Origin: an uncultured Actinomycetota bacterium | GTDB lineage: Bacteria; Actinomycetota; Actinomycetes; Actinomycetales; Microbacteriaceae | Direction of reading: 5' to 3' | Assembly (NCBI GenBank): GCA_963829895.1 | Contig: CAWHKF010000010.1 | Span: forward strand, 405,925 to 469,924 | DNA: 64,000 nt | Part shown: positions 10,684-22,543 of the stretch, one piece after another | Layout of the letters: each line of letters begins with the position of its first letter | Position numbering within the stretch: position 1 is the stretch's first letter | Translations under genes and position numbers: made by a program | Notes under the pieces: model-generated | What the model was told of the DNA's origin: nothing | Databases searched by the model: none | What the model saw: the letters and a program-made list of their open reading frames with translations, nothing else

Positions 10684-11460
10684 GCGCGGCACAGCCCGAC
10701 GGCAGCCGAGCCTCGGCGTCACCTGTCCTCACCGTGCGCAACCTCCGCTGCACCATCGCGGGTCAGCAGGTGGTCGAAGACGTCTCGTTCGACGTCCCCG
10801 CCACCGGCATCACCGCGGTGCTGGGGCGCAACGGCGTCGGCAAGACCTCGACCCTCCGCGGCATCCTGGGTCTCATCGCGCGCCGCGGCGAGGTGCGCCT
10901 CGCCGGCGAGCGCATCGACGGGCTCGCCCACCCACAAGATCGTGCGCCGCGGCGTCGGCTACGTGCCCGAGGACCGCGAGGTCTTCGCGAAGCTCACGGT
11001 CGCCGAGAACCTGGCGCTCGCCGAACGGCAGCGTCAGCCCCGCCGGGACTTCGTGGCCGAGCTCTTCCCCGACCTGGTCGCCCGGCGGGACCAGCAGGCG
11101 GGCACGCTCTCGGGCGGCCAGCAGCAGATGGTGTCGGTGGCGCGAGCGCTGATCAACGACAACATGCTGCTTCTCGTCGACGAACCCACCAAGGGCCTCG
11201 CGCCGAAGATCGTCGCCGAGGTCGCCGACGCACTGCAGGAGGCGTCCAAGACCGTCCCGATCCTCCTCGTCGAGCAGAACCTCGAGGTCGTGCGCCGCCT
11301 CGCCGACGATGCCATCGTCATCGCGGGCGGACGCGTGGCCCACGTCGGCAAGGCACGCGACATCCTCGACGACGAAGACCTCACCCGCCGCCTCCTCGGC
11401 GTCCACGTGGAGCACGAAGACGCAGGCGATGCACAGAGCGAGCGGAGGGAGTCGAAGTGA
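10680..11460 (+). CDS. ABC ATP-binding protein (LivF-like); frameshift near 10928
   Basis: GRNGVGKTS, LSGGQQQM, LVDEPTKGLAP, VEQN. Confidence 0.9.
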
Positions 11461-12332
11461 GCACCCTCGTCCTCACCCTCATCACCGGCGTCGGCCTCGG
11501 CGCCCTCTACTTCCTCGTCGCGAGCGGTCTCAGCCTCATCTACGGCCTCATGCACGTGCTGAACTTCGCGCACGGCGCCTTCCTCACACTCAGCGCGTTC
11601 ATGGGCTGGATGGTCGCGCAGGCGCTGGGCACCGAATCGTGGGGATCGTTCCTGCTGTCGGTGCTCGCCGGGGCCGGAATCGGCGCGGTGTTCGCGACGC
11701 TGACCGAGCTCGTGCTCATCCGCCCGCTGTACGAGCGGCACATCGAGCAGGTGCTGGTCACCGTCGGCCTGTCGTTCGCGGCCGTCGCGCTGTTCGAGGG
11801 CATCTGGGGCACCGATCCCATCCACATCGCCGGGCCGCCCTGGCTGAAGCAGACGACCGAGGTGCTCGGCGCCCGCATCCCGAACACCTACTGGGTGCTG
11901 ATGATCGCCGCCGTGCTCGTGCTCGCGGCGCTCGTGCTGTTCCTGCAGAAGACGCGCTACGGCATGATCATCCGGGCCGGCGTCGAGAACCGGTCGATGG
12001 TGACGGCGCTCGGCATCGACGTGCGGCGCTCGTTCACCCTCGTCTTCGCGATCGGCGGTGCGGCGGCCGGCATCGGCGGGGTGCTGGCGATGCACTACTC
12101 CACGTTCGTCTCGGCCCACCTGGGGCAGACGCTCCTCATCTTCGCGTTCATCGTCACGGTCGTCGGCGGCCTCGGCTCGCTCACCGGCGCCGCGGTCGCG
12201 TCGGTGCTCGTGGCGGTGCTCCAGCAGTTCGCCAACTTCTACCTCGGCGGCACCGGCGACTTCATCGTCGTGATCCTCCTGGCGCTCGTGCTGCTGGTGC
12301 GCCCCGCCGGACTTCTCGGGAGGAAGGCATGA
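11457..12332 (+). CDS. ABC permease (LivH-like)
   Basis: GLSLIYGLMHVLNFAHG, TRYGMIIRA, VVGGLGSLTGA. Confidence 0.9.
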   Translation: MSTLVLTLITGVGLGALYFLVASGLSLIYGLMHVLNFAHGAFLTLSAFMGWMVAQALGTESWGSFLLSVLAGAGIGAVFATLTELVLIRPLYERHIEQVLVTVGLSFAAVALFEGIWGTDPIHIAGPPWLKQTTEVLGARIPNTYWVLMIAAVLVLAALVLFLQKTRYGMIIRAGVENRSMVTALGIDVRRSFTLVFAIGGAAAGIGGVLAMHYSTFVSAHLGQTLLIFAFIVTVVGGLGSLTGAAVASVLVAVLQQFANFYLGGTGDFIVVILLALVLLVRPAGLLGRKA

Positions 12333-13453
12333 TGCGTCGCTACGTTCCTGCCATCGTCGGCGTGGCACTGGTGGTCTTCATGGCCGTGCTGCCGCTGCTG
12401 AACCTGTCGCTGCCGGGCATCCTCCCGACGCCCACGTACATGCCGGGCACGCTGGCGCTGCTGTCGCTCTGCATGGTGTTCGCCGCGCTCGCGCTGTCGT
12501 ACAACCTGCTGCTCGGATCGGGCGGGATGCTGTCCTTCGGCCATGCCCTCTACTTCGGCGCCGGCGCATACGGGCTCGGCATCGCGCTCGAGCACTTCGG
12601 CGTGCCGCTGTGGCCGGGGGTCTTCATCGCCCTGATCGGCGGCATGGTGATCGCACTGGTCACGGGGGCGGTGTCGATGCGGGTGTCGGGCATCCCCTTC
12701 GCGATGGTCACGCTGGCGTTCGCGCAGGCGGGTTCGGTGCTCGTGCGGCGCAACTCGCAGGTCACCGGCGGTGAGGAAGGGCTGAGTCTCAACACCGATC
12801 AGGTGCCGGACTTCCTCATCGGCGTCGTGAACACGCGGAATCTCTACTGGTTCGCCCTCGCGGTGCTCGTGGTCGTGTACCTCGTGACGCTGTGGGTCGA
12901 CACCTCGCGTCTCGGCCACCTGGCCCGTGCGACGCGCGAGAACGAGCAGCGCGTGCGCGTGCTCGGCCTGTCGCCCTACCGCGTGCGGCTCATCGTCTTC
13001 GTCATCGCCGCGGGCCTGGCGAGCCTCGCCGGCGTCGCCTACATGCTGCTGCAGTCCGGCACGGTGCCGCGCTCGGTGTCGGCCGACCTGACGATCACCG
13101 TGCTCGTGATGGTCGTGCTGGGTGGCGTCGGATTCCGCTGGGGTGCGATCGTGGGCGGTGTGCTCTACACGCTGCTCGATCAGCGACTCACCGTGCTCGC
13201 CGGATCCGATGCCATCGCCGGGCTTCCCGATTGGCTGCGCGTGCCGCTGTCGGAGCCGCTCTTCCTCTTCGGCGTGCTGTTCATCGTCGTGGTGATGTTC
13301 CTCCCGGGCGGGATCGCCGGCACGATCGACGCCGCGGCCCGCCGCCGTCGTGGCGAGAAGGTGCGGGGCGCGCTGCGTCAGCTCGACGACGCGGGCGAGA
13401 CCCCCGAGGCGGCCGCCGCTGGAGCCGCCGCGTCCGACAGGGTCCGCGCATGA
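12329..13453 (+). CDS. ABC permease (LivM-like)
   Basis: GMLSFGHALYFG, TGGEEG, ATRENE, MVVLGG. Confidence 0.9.
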   Translation: MMRRYVPAIVGVALVVFMAVLPLLNLSLPGILPTPTYMPGTLALLSLCMVFAALALSYNLLLGSGGMLSFGHALYFGAGAYGLGIALEHFGVPLWPGVFIALIGGMVIALVTGAVSMRVSGIPFAMVTLAFAQAGSVLVRRNSQVTGGEEGLSLNTDQVPDFLIGVVNTRNLYWFALAVLVVVYLVTLWVDTSRLGHLARATRENEQRVRVLGLSPYRVRLIVFVIAAGLASLAGVAYMLLQSGTVPRSVSADLTITVLVMVVLGGVGFRWGAIVGGVLYTLLDQRLTVLAGSDAIAGLPDWLRVPLSEPLFLFGVLFIVVVMFLPGGIAGTIDAAARRRRGEKVRGALRQLDDAGETPEAAAAGAAASDRVRA

Positions 13454-15076
13454 CCTGGAACGCCGACCCCGACATCGACGACGGGCCCCACACGATCGGC
13501 CGCTGGATCGTCGACCGCGCGGCGCGCTCGCCCGAGCGCATCGCCATCGACGACCGCGGCGTGACGACCGACTACGCGACTCTCGCCGGCCGCGCGACCG
13601 AGCTCGCAGACGCCCTGCGTCGCGCGGGCTACGGTCCGGGCGATCGCATCGCGACCGTGTCGGGCAACTCGACCGACCACGTCGTCGCCTTCTTCGCGTG
13701 CGCCATCGCGGGCATCGCGTTCGTGCCGCTGTCGTGGCGGCTCACGCCGCGCGAGCTGGCCGACGTGCTGACCCGTTCCGCGCCCGCGCTGGTGCTCATC
13801 GAAGACGAGCACGCCGCGCTCGCCGGCGAGGCGCTGCGCGTCGCCGACGGCCTCGCCGCCGCCCCTGTCGCCGTTCTCGGCACCACCGGGGTCGAGGTGG
13901 CCGTCGCCGCGCGCGGCGCACCCGCGGCCGCGTCGGCCGGTGCGCGACGACGACCCGCTGCTCGTGATCTTCACGTCCGGCAGCGAGGCGGCGCCGAAGG
14001 GCGTCGTGCTCACCCACGCGAACTGCTTCTGGAACAACCTCGCCCTCGCGCAGGCGCTGCCGCTCGGCCAGGACGACGTCGTGCTCGCGATGCTCCCGCA
14101 GTTCCACGTCGCCGCCTGGAACTGCCAGCCGCTGCTCGCCTGGTGGGTCGGCGCGACGGTCGTGCTCGAGCGGTCGTTCCACCCGACGCGGGTGCTGCAG
14201 CTGATCGCCGACCGGCGGGTCACCGCGATGATGGGCGTGCCGACGCAGTACCGGATGCTCGCGGACGACCGCGAATGGGCGACGACCGATACGGCATCCC
14301 TCCGGCTCGCGCTCGTCGGCGGCGCCACCATGCCCGTCGCGCTGCAGGACACGTGGACGGCGCGCGGCATCGCGCTGACGCAGGGCTACGGGCTCACCGA
14401 GGCGGCGCCGAACGTGCTGCATCTTCCCGCGACCGAGGCGGCGAGCGCTCCCGGCGCCGTCGGACGGCCCTACCCGCACGTGGCGGTGCGTGTCGTCGAC
14501 CCCACCTCGGAGCTTCCGCTCGACGGCGAGGCCACCGGCGAGCTCTGGGTGCGCGGGCCCAGCGTGTTCGCCGGATACCTCGGTGACGACGCCGCGACGG
14601 CGCGGGCGATGAGCGGCGAGTGGCTGCGCACCGGCGACCTGGTGTCGCGCGACGCGGACGGCGTCTTCCGTGTGGTGGACCGCCTCAAGGACATCTTCAT
14701 CTCCGGTGGCGAGAACGTCGCCCCGGCCGAGGTCGAGTACGCGCTCTGCCTGCACCCGCTGGTGGAGGCAGCCGCCGTGGTGGGCGTGCCCGACGACGTC
14801 TGGGGCGAGCGCGGCGTCGCGTTCGTCGTCCCCGTGGCCGGAGCCGCGCTGTCGGTGGACGAGCTGCTCGCGCACGCGCGCCGCAACCTCGCGGCGTTCA
14901 AGATCCCGGTGCACGTCGAGCTGGTCGATGCGCTCCCGCGCTCGACCATCGAGAAGCTCGCCCGCTCGCGGCTGCGCGAGCGGGCCCGGGATCTGGTGAG
15001 CGGCTCGCAGCAGAGCGCGCAGGGGGAGAGCGGTCGCGCCGTCAGCGGCGCACCCACGAAGGGGGAATCTCGATGA
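13450..15076 (+). CDS. Acyl-CoA synthetase (AMP-binding, FadD/MenE-like); frameshift near 13930
   Basis: FTSGSEAAPKG, QGYGLTE, WLRTGD, SGGENV; C-terminal LPRSTIEKL. Confidence 0.85.
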
Positions 15077-15750
15077 GCATGTCCGACGAACTTGTCGAAC
15101 ACGAGGAGGAGCTGGTCTCATCCGCGACCGGGCGGCCACTCACCAAACGCGGCGAGGCGACCCGGCGGCGCCTGCTCGAGGCCGCGGAACTCGTGTTCGC
15201 CGAACAGGGCTACCACGAGGCATCCATCGTCAAGATCACCGAGCGAGCAGGCATCGGCCTCGGCACGTTCTACCTGTACTTCGACAGCAAGCAGGCGATC
15301 TTCGAAGCGCTCGTGCTCGATCTCAACCGCCGCGTGCGGCACTCGATGTCGGAGGCGATGACCGGAGCCTCGTCGCGGCTGGAGGCCGAACGAGCCGGCT
15401 TCGCGGGGTTCTTCCGGTTCACCGCGGAGCACCCGGCACTGTACCGGGTGGTGCGCGAGGCCGAGTTCGTCTCGCCCGAGGTGCTGCGCACCCACTACAC
15501 GCGCATCGTCGAGGGCTACGAGGCGGGGCTGCGCGCAGCGCAGTCGGCGGGCGATGTCGACCGCGGCCTCGATCCGGAGACGACGGCGTGGGCGCTCATG
15601 GGCATGGGCGAGCTCATCGGCATGAGGTTCCTGCTGTGGGAGCGCGACGCCGACGGCAAGCCGCCCGCGCAGCTCGACCCGGTGGTGTTCGCCGGCATGA
15701 CACGGTTCATCGACAACGCGCTCGCCCCGCGGGCGGGGGAGGACGACTGA
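15073..15750 (+). CDS. TetR family regulator
   Basis: TRRRLLEAA..VFAEQGY..GTFYLYFDSK. Confidence 0.9.
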   Translation: MSMSDELVEHEEELVSSATGRPLTKRGEATRRRLLEAAELVFAEQGYHEASIVKITERAGIGLGTFYLYFDSKQAIFEALVLDLNRRVRHSMSEAMTGASSRLEAERAGFAGFFRFTAEHPALYRVVREAEFVSPEVLRTHYTRIVEGYEAGLRAAQSAGDVDRGLDPETTAWALMGMGELIGMRFLLWERDADGKPPAQLDPVVFAGMTRFIDNALAPRAGEDD

Positions 15751-16503
15751 TGGCAGAGCAGGACCTCGCGGGCAGGCGCGCGCTGATCACGGGCGGGGCG
15801 CAGCGGCATCGGGCTCGCCTGCGCGCACGAGTTCGCGGCGCGTGGCGCGCACGTCACCATCGCAGACCTGAACGCGGATGCCGCGACGGATGCCGCCACC
15901 GCCGTCGGCGGCGAGTCCTGGGTCGTCGACCTCGCCGACACCCGCGCGCTCGACGACCTCACGCTCGACGTCGACATCCTCGTGAACAACGCCGGCATCC
16001 AGCGGGTCTCGCCGATCACGGAGTTCGATCCCGAGGCGTTCCGCCTGCTGGTGCGCCTCATGCTCGAGTCGCCGTTCCTGCTGATCCGCGCGGCGCTGCC
16101 GGCGATGTACGAGCGGGGCTGGGGCAGGATCATCAACATCTCGAGCGCCCACGGGCTGCGCGCGAGCGCCTTCAAGTCCGCCTACGTGTCGGCGAAGCAC
16201 GGCCTCGAGGGCCTGTCGAAGGTGACGGCGCTGGAGGGTGCTCCGCACGGCGTGACGAGCAACTGCATCAACCCCGCCTACGTGCGGACGCCGCTCGTCG
16301 AGAAGCAGATCGCCGACCAGGCGAAGGTGCACGGCATCCCCGAGAGCGAGGTCGTCGAGAAGATCATGCTCACCGAGAGCGCCGTCAAACGCCTCGTCGA
16401 GGCCGACGAGGTGGCCTCGCTCGCCGGGTGGCTGGCGTCGGACAAGGCCGGGATGGTCACCGGCGCCTCGTACACGATGGACGGCGGATGGACGGCCCGA
16501 TGA
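15750..16503 (+). CDS. bdhA: D-3-hydroxybutyrate dehydrogenase; frameshift near 15800
   Basis: NNAGIQ, SAHGLRASAFKSAYVSAKHG, YVRTPLVEKQIADQA signature of HBDH. Confidence 0.85.
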
Positions 16504-17434
16504 GTGACGGGAGCGCAGGGCACCGCTATCGCGAGATCGACGTCCCCGTCGACGGGCGGCATGCTGCATGCGGGCGTCTGGGAGCCTGCGGATGCCCGGC
16601 CCGATATGCCCACCGCACTGCTGGTGCACGGAGTCACCGCCTCGCACCTCGCGTGGCCCTTCGTCGTGGACCGCTTGCCCGGAGTGCGCGTCGTGGCGCC
16701 CGACCTGCGGGGCCGCGGGCGAAGCAACGGCATCGCGGGCCCGGCAGGGATGGCCGCGCACGCCGACGACCTCGCCGCACTGCTCGATGCCCTCGGGATC
16801 GAGCGGACTCTCGTGGTGGGGCACTCGATGGGCGGCTTCGTCTCCGTCGTCTTCGCCCACCGGCACCCGGAGCGCGTGTCGCGGCTGCTGCTCGTCGACG
16901 GCGGGCTGCCGCTCGATGTTCCGGCCGGGCTCAGTACGGACGAGCTCGTCGCCGGCATCCTCGGGCCCGACCGCTGCGCGGCTGTCCATGAGGTTCGCGA
17001 ACACGGGGGAGTACCTGGACTTCTGGCGGCGGCATCCCGCGTTCGACGGCGCGTGGACCCCCGAGCTGGAGCGGTATCTCGCGTACGACCTCGTCGAGGA
17101 CGGCTCGGGGGCATTCCGGCCGGCGACGAGCTACGAGACCACCGCCGACGACACTCTCGACATGAATGCCGGTACGGCGCTGCCCGATGCGTTGGCCGGG
17201 CTGCAGCATCCGGCCCGCCTCCTCACGGTGCCCCGCGGACTGCAGAACGAGCCTCCCGGGCTGTACGCCCCCGCACACCTCGAGCGGCTGCTCGCCGCCT
17301 ACCCCGGCGTGGAGCATGAGCGGGTCGACGGCTTCAACCACTACACGATCGTGATGTCGCCCGCCGGTGCCGACGTCGTCGCCGCCGCAGCCCGTGAGGA
17401 GCTCGCGGCGGCGACCACGCCCACCAGGCCGTGA
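16500..17434 (+). CDS. Alpha/beta hydrolase (esterase); frameshifts near 16553 and 16965
   Basis: LVHGVTAS, PDLRGRGRS, GHSMGG nucleophile, NHY catalytic His. Confidence 0.85.
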
Positions 17435-17475
17435 GTCGCTGCGGCGGATCGCTGCCCGCGATCCGCCGCAGCGAC
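17435..17475. terminator. Bidirectional hairpin between convergent genes
   Basis: GTCGCTGCGGCGGATCGC-tgccc-GCGATCCGCCGCAGCGAC, 18-bp perfect stem. Confidence 0.75.
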
Positions 17476-17486
17476 GGACGATACCG

Positions 17487-19938
17487 CTACTTGGTCTTGA
17501 ACTGGGCGCTCAGCTGCGACCCGTCAGCGGTCGTCAACACGACCGTGTAGCACTTGCCGGCCGACTTCGGCGTCTGCCAGTTCTGGATCCACTGATGCGC
17601 CGACGCGTCGTAGCGCAGGGCGGTTCCACCGGTGGTGGCGAGCAGATCGTCACTCGTGGCGTCGGTCGGGTCGCAGCTCACACCTTTGACCACGAAGACC
17701 GCGCCAAGCTTCGCGAGCTCGGTGACCTCGGTCGTCCCGGCGAGCACCGTGAACTTCAACGGAACCGTCGAGCCGCCCTTGACGATGTTGAGCACCGCAG
17801 TTCCCATGTCGACCGGCTTGTAGAAGCCGTTGAGCTTCCACGCCTCGATCGCGAAGGTCGCCGAGCCCTCGCCGGCAAGGTGGTTGGCGTCGCCCGGGTA
17901 CGTCGCTGATGCCGTCGCCGTGCCCACCAGCGTGTTGTCGCCGTAGGTGACAGGGCTCACCGCCTTGTCGAGCCCACCGGCGCCGGTCACCCAGGCCGAG
18001 CACGGCTCGATCGCCGAGCCGGTGAACGGGATGGGTGTCGTCGGGCAGGTCACCACGACCTGCGACGGGGCCTTCGTGATCTCGAACCCGCCGATGGCCG
18101 AGCTGCCGACGTGGTTGGCGTCGCCCGCCCACGAGGCGGTGGCGGTGGCGTTCCCCGCATCCGTGTTGTCGGTGTGGCTGACGTCGACGGTGAAGTCGGC
18201 GAGCCCGACAGCCGAGACGACCGCCGTGCACGGCGTGTGCGCGTCGCCGGTGTATTCGATCGACGCCGGGCAGTCGAGCGTGATCGACGACGACGCCTTG
18301 TCGATGGTGAACGTCGTCGAGTCGCTGCTCGGCTCGTGGTTGGCATCGCCGGCATACGTGTACGACGCCGAGGCGGTGCCCGCGTTCGTGTTGTCCGCGT
18401 ACAACGGCGTCACCGTCTGGTCGAGACCGTATGCGGCGGTGACCCGCGCGGTGCACGGTGTCAGCGCATCGCCGGTGTAGGTGTTCGGACCGGTGCAGGT
18501 GACCTCGGTGGTGGTCGGCGCCTTCGCGATCGTGAAGGTCGTCGATGCCTCGCTCGCCTTGTGGTTGGTGTCACCGGCATACGTTGCTTTCGCGGTCGCG
18601 GTGCCGGCGCCGGTGTTGGCGGTGTACTCGATGCCCACGTCCTCCGACAGCCCTCCCGCTCCGGTGACCGTCGCGGTGCAGGTCTCCTGTGCGGAGCCGT
18701 CGTAGACGGTGTCGGAGCAGACGAGCGTGATGGACGAGGCCGCCTGGTCGATGGTGATCCCGGCGGTCCCGGACTGCGGCGCGTAGTTGGGCAGTGCGAA
18801 CGACCAGTCCGCGCTTCCGCCGGGGACATCCGTGAAGGACTCCCCGAGGTCGAGTCCGTGACTGACGTCGGCGCCGCCGAGGCCGGTGCACGAGCCCACG
18901 GCACCGTGCGGGTTCCCGTCGTAGTCACCCGCGAAACCACTGATGTCGCACGTCGCCTGCGCCGGGTCGATCTCGAAGGTCTTCGTGTCGTCGGAGCCGG
19001 TGTGGTTGGCGTCGCCCGCGAAGGCCGCCGAGGCGGTCGCGGTGCCCGCGTTCGTGTTGTCGACATACGTCGGAGCGACCGAGGTGTCGAGACCCGGGCC
19101 ACTGACAGTCGCGGTGCACGGCTCGTGCGCGGAGCCGGTGAACGCGACGGATGCCGGACAGTCCAGCGTCGTCGTCGACGCTGCCTTCGTGATCGCGAAC
19201 GTGGCGCTGGCGCTGCTCGGCTTGTGAGCCGCGGTGCCGGCGAACGCTGCCGAAGCGGTCGCGGTGCCGACATCCGTGTTGGCGGTATAGGTGACAGGCA
19301 CGGACTGCGAGAAGCTGTTCGCACCCGTGACCGTGGCCTGACACGGTGTGATCGCGGCGCCGGTGTACACCTCGGACGTCGGGCAGGACAAGGTCGTCGT
19401 CGTCGGAGTCTGACACTCGGAGACGGACCAGCGTGCGGTGACGGTGACACCACGCGTGATGCTCGCTGGATCCTGCGGCTTCTCCTGCAGCGCGGGGCCC
19501 GTCCCCGAGAACACGATCGTGCCGCTGAACACACCCGCGGTGGTCCCGGCGGTGAGCGTCACGATAGCGGCCGCGCCGTTCGCCGACGGAGTGTTGTTCG
19601 GGTACGTGGTCGTCCAGTTCGCCGGCAACTCGATGTCGCCCGCGCCGTCGCCGGGCACGCTGACAGACAGCGGTGCAGACCACGTCGCTGTGATGTCGAC
19701 GAGGGCACCGCTCTGGAAGACCCGACCCTCGCCGACCCGCTGCACGTAGATCGCGACCTGCTCGGTCGCCGTAGCGCCGCACGCCACGGTGCCGAAGTCG
19801 ATCTCGGTCTGCGTGCCGGTCACGAGGGCATCGCCGTCGACGACGAGGTTGTCCGCATGACGCCGTGCCCGCGATAGAGATGAGTAATGCCGATGTCGCC
19901 AAAGCCACGGCAGACAGCAGCGTAGAACGGAGCTTCAT
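17487..19938 (-). CDS. Secreted repeat protein: seven ~75-aa Ig/MBG-like repeats and C-terminal PxKF domain; frameshift near 19860
   Basis: Signal peptide MKLRSTLLSAVALA..; repeats C-x12/14-C..NTxxGTATASA..AGDANH..TF.I.KA; C-terminal GFYKPVD..KGGSTVPLKF. Confidence 0.8.
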
Positions 19939-20100
19939 TGGTCCCTCCCCAGGGCGTGGTGCCTCTCCGCGCGGACCCCACTCCGCTACGGATTCCGCTC
20001 ACCGTAGCCGACGGCGACCGAGCTTGGGAACAGAATTGTGCACAACCTGACCGCGCGCTGAGGGAGCAGGGGCGTCGGTTCGCTGCCGCCGCGGTTCCCG

Positions 20101-20889
20101 TCAGCGGGCGGCGGCGATGCGCGTGGTCAGCTGGTGGGCGTGGGCCAGCAGCGTGCGCCCGAGCTCGGGCAGGCGCTCGGGGCCGAACCGGAACTCCACC
20201 CCGGTCAGGCTCAGCGCCCACTGGGGGTGGCCCTCGCGGGTGAAGACCGCCGCGCCGATGCCGTACGACCCCTCGACGATGAGACCGGGGTTCACGGCGT
20301 AGCCGCGTTCCTTCGTGTCGCGCAGGCGGGTGCGCAGTCGCGGCTCGCTGTGCGACGCACCCCACTCGCGAGGCAGGTCGGGGTGACGCTCGAAGTAGGC
20401 GTCCACATCGTGGGGCGGCAGGAAGGCGAGGATCGCGAGACCCGCCGACGCGACGCCGAGCGGGAAGCGCACGCCCTCCGACAGCACGAACGAGCGGATC
20501 GGGAAGCTGCCCTCTTCCCGCAGCAGGCAGACGGTCTCGTCGCCCCGCCGCACCGAGAGGAACGCGCTCTCCTCCGTCCGCACCGCGAGGGAGCGCACGA
20601 TGTCGCGGGCGAGGGACGTGATGTCATACCGGGATGCCGCGACCGTGCCCATCAGGAAGAGCTCTGGTCCCGGCATCCAGCGTCCGGTGCGGTCGTCCTG
20701 ATCGACGAGTCCCTCGTGACGGAGGGCGGTGAGGAGCCGGTGCGTCGTGGGACGGGTCAGGTCGGCGCGGCGTGCGAGCTCGGCCGCCGGCATCCCATCG
20801 CTCCCGGCCGACGTCACCAGCCGCAGCAGCTGCGCGGCCCGCGCGATCGACTGGGCGCCCGGGATGGTTCGTCTCGGCTCGGTGTCCAC
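20101..20889 (-). CDS. IclR family regulator
   Basis: GAQSIARAAQLL HTH, RFPLGVASAG; TACCGT -10 upstream of GTG. Confidence 0.9.
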   Translation of the reverse strand: MDTEPRRTIPGAQSIARAAQLLRLVTSAGSDGMPAAELARRADLTRPTTHRLLTALRHEGLVDQDDRTGRWMPGPELFLMGTVAASRYDITSLARDIVRSLAVRTEESAFLSVRRGDETVCLLREEGSFPIRSFVLSEGVRFPLGVASAGLAILAFLPPHDVDAYFERHPDLPREWGASHSEPRLRTRLRDTKERGYAVNPGLIVEGSYGIGAAVFTREGHPQWALSLTGVEFRFGPERLPELGRTLLAHAHQLTTRIAAAR

Positions 20890-20898
20890 GATATGGAC
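20884..20898. promoter_or_regulatory. Candidate IclR operator overlapping its own start
   Basis: GTCCA-CGATA-TGGAC palindrome in the divergent region. Confidence 0.5.
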
Positions 20899-21086
20899 GG
20901 TAGGCCGCGAAAGCTCCACATCGCAAGTGCCGACGTGGCGGGGCGCGCGGATCGAGCGGAGGATCGTCTGCAGAACTCCTCGCGATCGCGTCGCTGAGTC
21001 GGCGATCTCGCCGCATCGGTCGCGTGGTGCGACCATCCCGTGGAGTTCTGCGGACGTCATCAGGCCGGTTCATGCGAAGGAGCTGA

Positions 21087-21887
21087 ATGATCGACAAGAC
21101 CTGGGGCTCGGCGGCCGAAGCGGTCGCCGACATCCCCGACGGGGCGTCTCTCGCGGTGGGAGGGTTCGGGCTCTCGGGCAACCCCATCGCGCTCATCGAG
21201 GCGCTGCTCGCGCAGGGGACGAGCGACCTCAGCATCGTCAGCAACAACTGCGGCGTGGATGACTGGGGCCTCGGCATCCTGCTGAACGCCCAGCGCATCC
21301 GCAAGATGACGTCGTCGTACGTGGGCGAGAACAAGGAGTTCGAGCGGCAGTTCCTCTCGGGCGAGCTCGAGCTCGAGCTGACGCCGCAGGGCACCCTCGC
21401 CGAGAAGCTGCGGGCCGGCGGCTCGGGCATCGCCGCCTTCTACACGCAGACCGGCGTCGGCACCCAGGTCGCCGAGGGCGGGCTTCCCCGGCGCTACGCC
21501 GCGGACGGCAGCATCGCCGTCGCCTCACCCGTGAAGGACGTCCGCACCTTCGACGTCGCGGGCACGAGTCGCCAGTACGTCCTCGAAGAGGCGATCGTCA
21601 CCGACTTCGCGCTGGTGCACGCGCTCAAGGGCGACCGCCACGGCAACCTCGTCTTCAACAAGGCGGCGCGCAACTTCAACCCGCTCGCCGCGATGGCGGG
21701 CCGCGTCTGCATCGCCCAGGTCGAGGAGCTCGTGGAACCGGGCGAACTCGACCCCGACAGCATCCACCTCCCCGGCATCTACGTGCACCGCATCGTGGAG
21801 GTCGGATCCGACATCGAGAAGCGCATCGAGCGGCGCACGGTCAGCGTTGCGCAGGCCGCCGCCCGCGAGATGCCGGAAGGAGCCTGA
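21087..21887 (+). CDS. scoA: 3-oxoacid CoA-transferase subunit A
   Basis: [31 protein letters not shown]. Confidence 0.85.
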   Translation: MIDKTWGSAAEAVADIPDGASLAVGGFGLSGNPIALIEALLAQGTSDLSIVSNNCGVDDWGLGILLNAQRIRKMTSSYVGENKEFERQFLSGELELELTPQGTLAEKLRAGGSGIAAFYTQTGVGTQVAEGGLPRRYAADGSIAVASPVKDVRTFDVAGTSRQYVLEEAIVTDFALVHALKGDRHGNLVFNKAARNFNPLAAMAGRVCIAQVEELVEPGELDPDSIHLPGIYVHRIVEVGSDIEKRIERRTVSVAQAAAREMPEGA

Positions 21888-21888
21888 C

Positions 21889-22543
21889 ATGCCGCTGAAC
21901 CGCAACGAGATGGCGGCGCGCGCCGCGCAGGAGCTCGCCGACGGCGCCTACGTGAACCTCGGCATCGGGCTGCCGACGCTGGTGCCGAACTTCGTGCCCG
22001 ACGGCGTCACGGTCGTGCTGCAGTCCGAGAACGGCATCCTCGGCGTCGGGCCCGTACCCGACCGAGGAGAACGTCGACCCCGACCTGATCAACGCCGGCA
22101 AGGAGACCGTGACCACGCTCCCGGGCGCCGCGTTCTTCGACTCGGCGACGAGCTTCGGCATGATCCGCGGCGGCAAGATCGACGCCGCGATCCTCGGCGC
22201 CATGCAGGTCTCGGCGACCGGCGACCTGGCCAACTGGATGATCCCCGGAAAGATGGTGAAGGGCCCCGGCGGCGCGATGGACCTCGTGCACGGCGCCGCG
22301 AAGGTGATCGTGCTGATGGAGCACGTCGCGAAGGACGGCTCGGCCAAGATCGTGAACGAGTGCTCGCTGCCTCTCACCGGGCGGGGCGTCGTCGACCGCA
22401 TCATCACCGACCTCGCGGTCATCGATGTGACGGATGCCGGACTCGTGCTGGTCGAGACGGCGCCCGGCGTGACGGTGGCCGAGGTCGTCGCCGCGACCGA
22501 GCCGGAGCTCCGCGTCTCGGACGAACTTAAGGTGGAAGCATGA
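21889..22543 (+). CDS. scoB: 3-oxoacid CoA-transferase subunit B; frameshift near 22050
   Basis: [25 protein letters not shown]. Confidence 0.85.

Noticed and set aside
20036-20045. TTGTGCACAA as a third copy of the island box or a CRP site
   Set aside because: Sequence and spacing differ from the 24-bp box and it does not fit TGTGA-N6-TCACA.
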